The notes under the pieces: model-generated
Database searches by the model: none
Told to the model about the DNA's origin: nothing
Seen by the model: only the letters and a program-made list of their open reading frames with translations
In this document: one piece after another, positions 62,525-64,000 of the stretch
Layout of the letters: each line of letters begins with the position of its first letter
Numbering within the stretch: the stretch's first letter is position 1
Made by a program: the position numbers and the translations under genes
DNA from: an archaeon
GTDB taxonomy: Archaea; Undinarchaeota; Undinarchaeia; Undinarchaeales; JBDRKL01
Reading direction: 5' to 3'
Length of the DNA stretch: 64,000 nucleotides
Assembly: GCA_043814055.1 (NCBI GenBank)
Contig: JBDRKL010000009.1
Location: 13,141 to 77,140, forward strand

Positions 62525-64000
62525 TGCCACACCTCCAGCGTGAATCGGCTTGGACCCCACAGGGACGGGATTTTGAGAGCCGCTGTTGAGTTTACCTCAA
62601 TATTGTTTATGTTTATGTTGATACCTCTCTCCGCAAGGGCGTTCTGCAGGCGCTCAAGCGCGTCCTGCTCTGCGTCAGTTTGATTGGAGAACACACCCCC
62701 AAAGCCAATGCGCTCTGAAATCATAACAGTGTAAATAAGACGGTTGTGAGGCGAGCCGCCGGTTGCATTGTATGGCGTGTTTCCTGTCCCAACGCCAAGA
62801 CTGAAATTCTCACCCTCATCAAAGTACTGCAGGGGCAGCTGCACTGTGAACGGGTCGCCGAGCGCATAGTAAGTTGTGCTGTAATCGGCGAGCGTGTAAG
62901 AGACATGCCACTGACCAGTTGTCTGGTTCTTGACCTGGACCCTGTCTGTCCACTTTGAGCCGGAGTAGGAGGTTGTTTTCGCGTCTGTCACAAGAACCTC
63001 GGTAGGCACTTGGAAGGTAAAGTTCTTGTAAGGGGACGCAACCTCGCCGCCGAAGCGCTCGGTTTGCAGAGTGAGGCTTATGTTGCCGAAGCTGTACGCC
63101 TGCACAATTGGAGTGTAATTGTATCTTATGTATGAGTCAGTATAGAGCGTGTTGTTGTACGCGGTTGTGTTCGCACGCTGGTATGAGTAAGTGACATTTG
63201 CGTTTGTTGAGAGGTTCGCTATTTGCTTGTAGATTTCCTTGAGCTCGGTGAAATTATTGCTGGAGAAGTAAGTACCATTGGCACAGTCTGCAATTGCCTG
63301 CAGTGTCTCAGCGTCAGCACCAGTCCCAAACCCGACAGTGTAGATTATTATGCCGTAGTCATTAAACGCGTCGCAGGAGAGGTTTATCGCCTGCTGCTTC
63401 GCGACCGCAACTGTGCAAAATGCCGCAGGAATTCCATAGCACTTGTCAGCTGTGCCGTCACCCATCAGGACTATTGAGCGCTTGTGAAGGGCGCTGCTCT
63501 GCTCAACCAGAATAGCCTCAGACTCGGCTATTGCGCAGGCAAAGCAGGTGTTGGCGGTTGATGTGCCGTAACTTGAGATTCGGTTCTGCAGCGTGGCGTT
63601 ATTGTTGGTGAGGTCAATCGTGTGACCCCAGATAACTGTCGCGTGGTACGAGATAAGCCCAACCCTATTCCACGGGACCGAGAGTACATAGTTCACGAAG
63701 TCGCTGTCAAGCACTTTTGCAACATCAAGCCGGCTCATCCCTGGCGCGCCAACTACGTCCTGGGTGTCCATGCTTGACGAAACATCAGTCGTGAGCACAA
63801 TGTCGCTGGGCACTGCGCCCTCTGCAGAGTAGAAACCAGGCTTGGTTCCCAGGCGAACCGGAACTGTCCTGTTGCTGAGGAAGTTATAGTCAAGCAGTTG
63901 CGAGAGCTGTGAATTCGTAAGCGTGACGTTTACTTCTTCATCAAAAACACTTGCCTCGTGAACTGTGATGTTTCCAATTGTGAGATTCATTGGATTTTGA
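62521..64000 (-). CDS. vWA-domain protein (probable pilus adhesin); the ORF stays open to the window end
   Basis: MIDAS-like DIVLTTDVSSSMD, later MGDGT. Many N-x-S/T sequons. No stop lies between Met 63990 and position 64000, and no signal peptide follows that Met, so the N-terminus probably lies outside the window. Confidence 0.65.
   Translation of the reverse strand, partial: QNPMNLTIGNITVHEASVFDEEVNVTLTNSQLSQLLDYNFLSNRTVPVRLGTKPGFYSAEGAVPSDIVLTTDVSSSMDTQDVVGAPGMSRLDVAKVLDSDFVNYVLSVPWNRVGLISYHATVIWGHTIDLTNNNATLQNRISSYGTSTANTCFACAIAESEAILVEQSSALHKRSIVLMGDGTADKCYGIPAAFCTVAVAKQQAINLSCDAFNDYGIIIYTVGFGTGADAETLQAIADCANGTYFSSNNFTELKEIYKQIANLSTNANVTYSYQRANTTAYNNTLYTDSYIRYNYTPIVQAYSFGNISLTLQTERFGGEVASPYKNFTFQVPTEVLVTDAKTTSYSGSKWTDRVQVKNQTTGQWHVSYTLADYSTTYYALGDPFTVQLPLQYFDEGENFSLGVGTGNTPYNATGGSPHNRLIYTVMISERIGFGGVFSNQTDAEQDALERLQNALAERGINININNIEVNSTAALKIPSLWGPSRFTLEVWQ

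Overview
This is a 64-kb archaeal chromosomal segment. Archaeal identity rests on ribosomal proteins L31e, L39e, S19e and LX, Rpp21, aTrm56, NucS, split GuaA, class-III signal-peptide pilins and intron-containing tRNAs. A small-genome or DPANN-like origin is only an inference.

Core content:
- rpl39e-rpl31e-rplX-pfdA-ftsY cluster (12.2-15.4 kb).
- rps19e / PDCD5-like / PP-loop ATPase cluster.
- Purine biosynthesis block on the minus strand: guaAA, guaAB, purM, purE, purD, purF, purQ, purSL, then pyrG, purC, purH (20.4-36.2 kb).
- ftsZ-secE-spt5-rpl11-rpl1-rplP0 cluster (45.8-51.7 kb).
- Four tRNAs, two with introns, and an SRP (7S) RNA.

Accessory content:
- DpnII-type GATC restriction-modification cassette next to a tRNA.
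- RelE-like toxin-antitoxin pair.
- Six-HTH plus nuclease protein.
- Two or three very large glycoprotein-like surface proteins, one ending in a cytoplasmic winged helix.
- Tad/Epd-like type IV pilus operon with a vWA protein.
- aTrm56 / unknown / Ubl / TtuA operon.
- Several visibly AT-rich orphan genes, two of them inside the ribosomal stalk operon.

Most unusual signals seen directly in the DNA:
1. A 50-bp two-hairpin repeat sits in-frame inside ftsY and rplX, in an intergenic spacer, and in degenerate form beside tRNAs.
2. A roughly 70-nt conserved leader cassette (hairpin plus Shine-Dalgarno plus start context) precedes four unrelated genes.
3. An AT-rich ORF occupies the canonical rpl12/P1 slot and is followed in-frame by an orphan stalk-like acidic tail.

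I recognised no rRNA, CRISPR array, transposase or integrase. All homology calls come from motif recognition by eye, not from searches.
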